In this document: positions 60,198-64,000 of the stretch, piece by piece
How positions within the stretch are numbered: the stretch's first letter is position 1
How the letters are laid out: every line of letters starts with the position of its first letter
DNA from: Mesotaenium endlicherianum
Taxonomy: Eukaryota
NCBI GenBank assembly: GCA_009602735.1
Contig: WELA01003208.1
Coordinates: 265,230 to 329,229 of the forward strand
Length of the DNA: 64,000 nucleotides
Direction: 5' to 3'
Made by a program: the position numbers and the translations under genes
The notes under the pieces: generated by a model
Databases searched by the model: none
What the model was told of the DNA's origin: nothing
The model's input: only the letters and a program-made list of their open reading frames with translations

Positions 60198-63100
60198 CTG
60201 ATCCGCGCGTCAAACCGTCTGCACCCGCGTGCACGCCCCCGCGCGCCCACGCACAAGTGATAGCACGAGAGCCCAGGGCCCCAGCCCCGTCGCCCACGGG
60301 AAAAAACCAAACAGAGGAGCCAGAGCCACTCAGGCAGGCAAGGGGCCGCCTCCACACCTCCCTTGTGTGACGACGCCGCAACACCAAAGAGCCAGGAAGG
60401 CGACCCGTGGTGCGCTGCTCAGCTGGAGCCTCGAGTCCAGCTGCCAGGTGGCACGTACGATGCGGGTCACCCTATCGATCCTATCGACAGCCGGGAGCCG
60501 ATCTGAGGCCCTCGAGGAAACAAGGAGTGGTAAAATCATCTTGGCTCACGCATGGCTGTGGCAGGCTCACAGAGAAGTGGCGCCTTCTTCTGTCCACATT
60601 GCTTATTCACCACATGGATGCAGATTATAGATGCAATCTACTAGCTTGTTGGAAGGTCTGGAGGCAACGAGGGGAGGAGGCCACAAGTTTCCCCAAAACG
60701 TGAGTGGCACAGGCCCTCACAGAAAGGGTGCACTCCTCAACCCCAAAGATTTGAGTGCACATTCATTCGGGAGTCACAGATCGGCGTGTGGATCAGAGCA
60801 GAGTATTAAGTGGGAACAGTTTGGACTCTGTGGGAGAGCTTCCAGGTCAGCACTTGGGGGCCGGGCACACACCAGGAAAGCGTGTGACTGGGCGGGGTGC
60901 TGCCAAACAGAGGCGTGGCGCTCACAGCGACCTGCAGCCGCACACCCTGGCCTGCTGCTGCGGCTGCTGCTGCTGCTGCTGGTGGTGGTGCTGGTGCTGC
61001 TGCCGCCGTTGCTGGTGCTGCTGCTGCTCCTCCTGCCTGCATCACCAGGCCATCACCAGTGGGTGTGCACGGGCGCACTTGACGCGCACGCTTGAAAAGA
61101 GCGTGCAAGAAGCACGCATTTGAAGCACGTTCTTGACCTGAGTGCTGCTGCTGCTGCTGCTGCTGCTGCTACCTCCTTTCCCTCCCCTGTGCCCCTCCCC
61201 CCTCGCCCACTTCCCGTCCCCCTCTCTCGTTCCCTCTTTCTCCCTCCCTCTCTCTCTTTCTCACCCTCTGCTCTCTCGTCACGCCAGCTCTGCAGCGCCG
61301 CGCGCGTGCGCAAGCGCGCACGCGTGGTGCAGATGTAATACGCAGGCAGGCAGGCAAACATGCCCCCAGGCCTGTCAGCAAGTTGGGCCCAAGTAAGGGT
61401 GGGACGGTATTGCCAACGCAGAAGGAGACGAAGAACATGACAATCTGGTCCCACCAGAGTGCCGCCTGCTGCATTCTGAGTGATTCCAGCCGCAGGTGGG
61501 GGTCCTGCACCATCTCATCTCCAGGGCCCTTGGACAGCGTAGCTACGATTCCGGATGTCTCAAAGCGGCGATTGGGGTGTCGTAAACCGGCCGGGGAATT
61601 GAAATTATAGCAGATCGACAGATGTCAGCCGCTCGCATCTTGTAGATGTGATATGCAGGGCCCCTCGAGTCCCCATACTTGAGGACACCAAATTTCTCGT
61701 GTAGAGAAAGATAAGGTGCACAAGAGTGAAGGGTTCGAGTTCAGGCATGTGACACGCACGTGAAGGGGGGTGCGGCAGCTGAGGACAAGCTTGCGGTTGC
61801 CCGTCTCGTCCACAATTCCTGCAGAGACCCACGCGAGTATGATTATTGTGAAATGACTAAGTATAAGTAGGACATAGAGATAGAGTGCTTGGACCAGACC
61901 AAGTCACTATGAGCAGGCCATGCGGGCAAAGGTGGCAGGCACTGCCGGAATTTCAGAGGAAGCATAGGAAGGAGGAGGAGGAGGAGACGCAGGGAGCGGG
62001 CAGAGCGATGGACTCACACGACTGCTTTCAAAACTTGCCAGCAATATGAAACGCAGGAAGGCGACGACAGCGCCAACAACTAGGAGAGATCAAGGGAGAA
62101 AAGAGGAGGAGGAGGAGAATGACCAGAAACAAAGCCAGAAAAATGAAGAGAAAGAGGGAGAGGGGGAGGGAGAGGGAGAGGGAGAGTGACCTGGAGAAAC
62201 CCTCGCTTGAGCGCCACATTCATCAGCTCCTGCTGCTGCTGCTGCTGCTGCGTGTAACGTGGGGAGGGCCAGCTCCGCGAGACTCGGTTGAGCACCATGT
62301 GTGCAAACAGCACGAGTGTGCCCCCTTCACCCAGGCAACACGGGCCCCGAGCTACTTTTCCCCCACCCCCACCAGGGCAGCCGAAACCCCAGCCCTTCTG
62401 CGACGTGTCAGCGCGAGGATGTATCGGCGCTGCATGCACGCATCATGCTGCACGCGTGCTGCACAGGTGGACACAGGCGGGCGGGCAGGAGGTAACTAGG
62501 GGTAGGTGAGTGGATAGGTAGGTAGGTAGGTTTGTAGGTAGGGTCAGACGTGAGCGCGACAGGGGCAGACAGGTGAACAGAGATGCGTGCAGCAGAGGCA
62601 GGTGTGTCAGTAGATGGGGACACGTGCACATCACCCAGACAGCCGCGCCAGGTGCTCCAGGCAGAAGGGGAAGGAGGGGAGGGAGGGGGGGGGCTGCTCC
62701 AGGCCCTTCCCTCTTCTCCCTCCCTTCCCCTTTCCACTCCCCTTCCCCTCGTTGGCAGCTGTGCCCTGCTGGGTCCACTGCTGCGCAGGTGTTTAGATAT
62801 CTTTTACGGTTTGAGGAGCAGGGCCTAGGGATTTAAATCCTGGCTTTAGGATTTGGCCTCATGCGCATATGCCTGGAGGTAGACATGTGGAATGGGAGCA
62901 AGGAGTGTCGACACGGACGGAGATACAACGAGCGAGGGTGTAGCAAGTGAGGGTGCTCACTATCATGGACATGCACATGGGAGTGCACGCGCGCGGGCGT
63001 GCCATAGTGCCATTGGAAGGGAATGTTGCTAGGAGCTGGAGACAGAGACATGTTAAGAGGAGGTGAGAAGGTGTTGCATCAAATGTGAGATTTGTACCAG

Positions 63101-63540
63101 TGTAATCAAACTAATTGGATGTCCAAACAGTATTTGCATTAATGAAACTCTGATTTCTACTCACCAATAATCATTACCTTACTATCAATTTCCATTTGCA
63201 CTTCATTTTCAGCGTCAATCACATGCCAATAAACCTTAAAATATACACAAAAATTCCATACAATTATGCAAATCAGACAGGCATCAAACATTCACGTAAA
63301 AAGTATCGGATGAATGAAATTTCTTATAAATGGCTTTCGAAACCACTGAAGTAGTTTCTACCTTATCTTGGCTTCAGAAACTACCACCATAATTTCTGCC
63401 TTATTTATCAAAAAAAATGAATGATATGAGATGCTTTCTATAAAGTACACTGATGATCCACTTATGGTACAATACTTTTCTATCCATTCACTATCCATAG
63501 CTCACTATCGAGCCGTTTGGCTAGTATGTGATAGAGTTGC

Positions 63541-64000
63541 TCAGAAGAAGGGGCGGCCAGCAAACTGCTCGAAGGCGAGGAGACCAGCAAAGCCAATCAT
63601 GGCAATACGGCCGTTCCACCTCTCAGCCTGCGCTGTGAAAGGGCCATTCCTGCAAGACACATCACCAACAACATTTGTTAGTCATCAATAATCCCTTCCC
63701 CCAAAAGACCTACAGTCAGTTCCCTTTGTTATACTTCCACCAGGAACTCTGTAATTCATACAGTAGAGTGAAAATGCTCTGAACGGTTCAGAATTTCCAT
63801 GTCAAGCTTAATATATTGCATTGGTTGCCTTCATACAAAACAATATGAGAGCCGAGATTGTAGCCTTACTTGCGGCTGTCCGGGCTCTCTCCCTGGAAGA
63901 TGGGGATGAGGGAAGCAATGATGGTGATGTTGGTGGCAATGGCCAGCCAGTAGAATCCGTTGCTGTTTGATGCCGTCACCTGGTCCACAATCCTCAGGCC
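63541..64000 (-). CDS. ELIP: Early light-induced protein (ELIP/CBR, LHC-like family); last two exons, 5' end beyond the window
   Basis: Exons 64000-63870 and 63649-63541, joined by a phase-2 GT-AG intron, give GLRIVDQV...FYWLAIATNITIIASLIPIFQGESPDSRKNGPFTAQAERWNGRIAMIGFAGLLAFEQFAGRPFF*. AERWNGRxAM is the ELIP third-helix chlorophyll-binding motif. This gene is absent from the ORF track. Confidence 0.93.

Noticed and set aside
60400..61620. Additional candidate EMF2 exons (VTRIVRATWQLD..., AALWWDQIVMF...)
   Set aside because: I could not establish consistent phases or motif matches, so they are left unassigned.

Overview
Eukaryotic, probably green-plant-lineage (algal) draft genomic DNA with many N gaps. 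GC-rich, microsatellite-filled genes lie at both ends of an AT-rich, transposon-filled interval. Left end: the last six exons of an organellar-type prolyl-tRNA synthetase (+, 40-6018). Middle: a near-intact Ty3/gypsy chromovirus with LTRs, TSD, PBS and PPT (6790-13584), and a truncated, mutated sister copy (29906-33298). Also there: an older chromovirus whose protease is split by a 2.2-kb CAC...GTG inverted-repeat element with a 2-bp TT duplication, a 517-bp TRIM-like element, other retroelement remnants and several local duplications. Right end: a many-exon Su(z)12/EMF2-type PRC2 subunit gene (-; C2H2 finger and VEFS box rebuilt from micro-exons) and the 3' end of an ELIP gene (-). The most unusual signal is that introns of both genes hold ladders of degenerate copies ('echoes') of the neighbouring exon ends, often with their splice sites. 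All alignments and counts were made by eye, and family assignments come from recalled motifs, not database searches.
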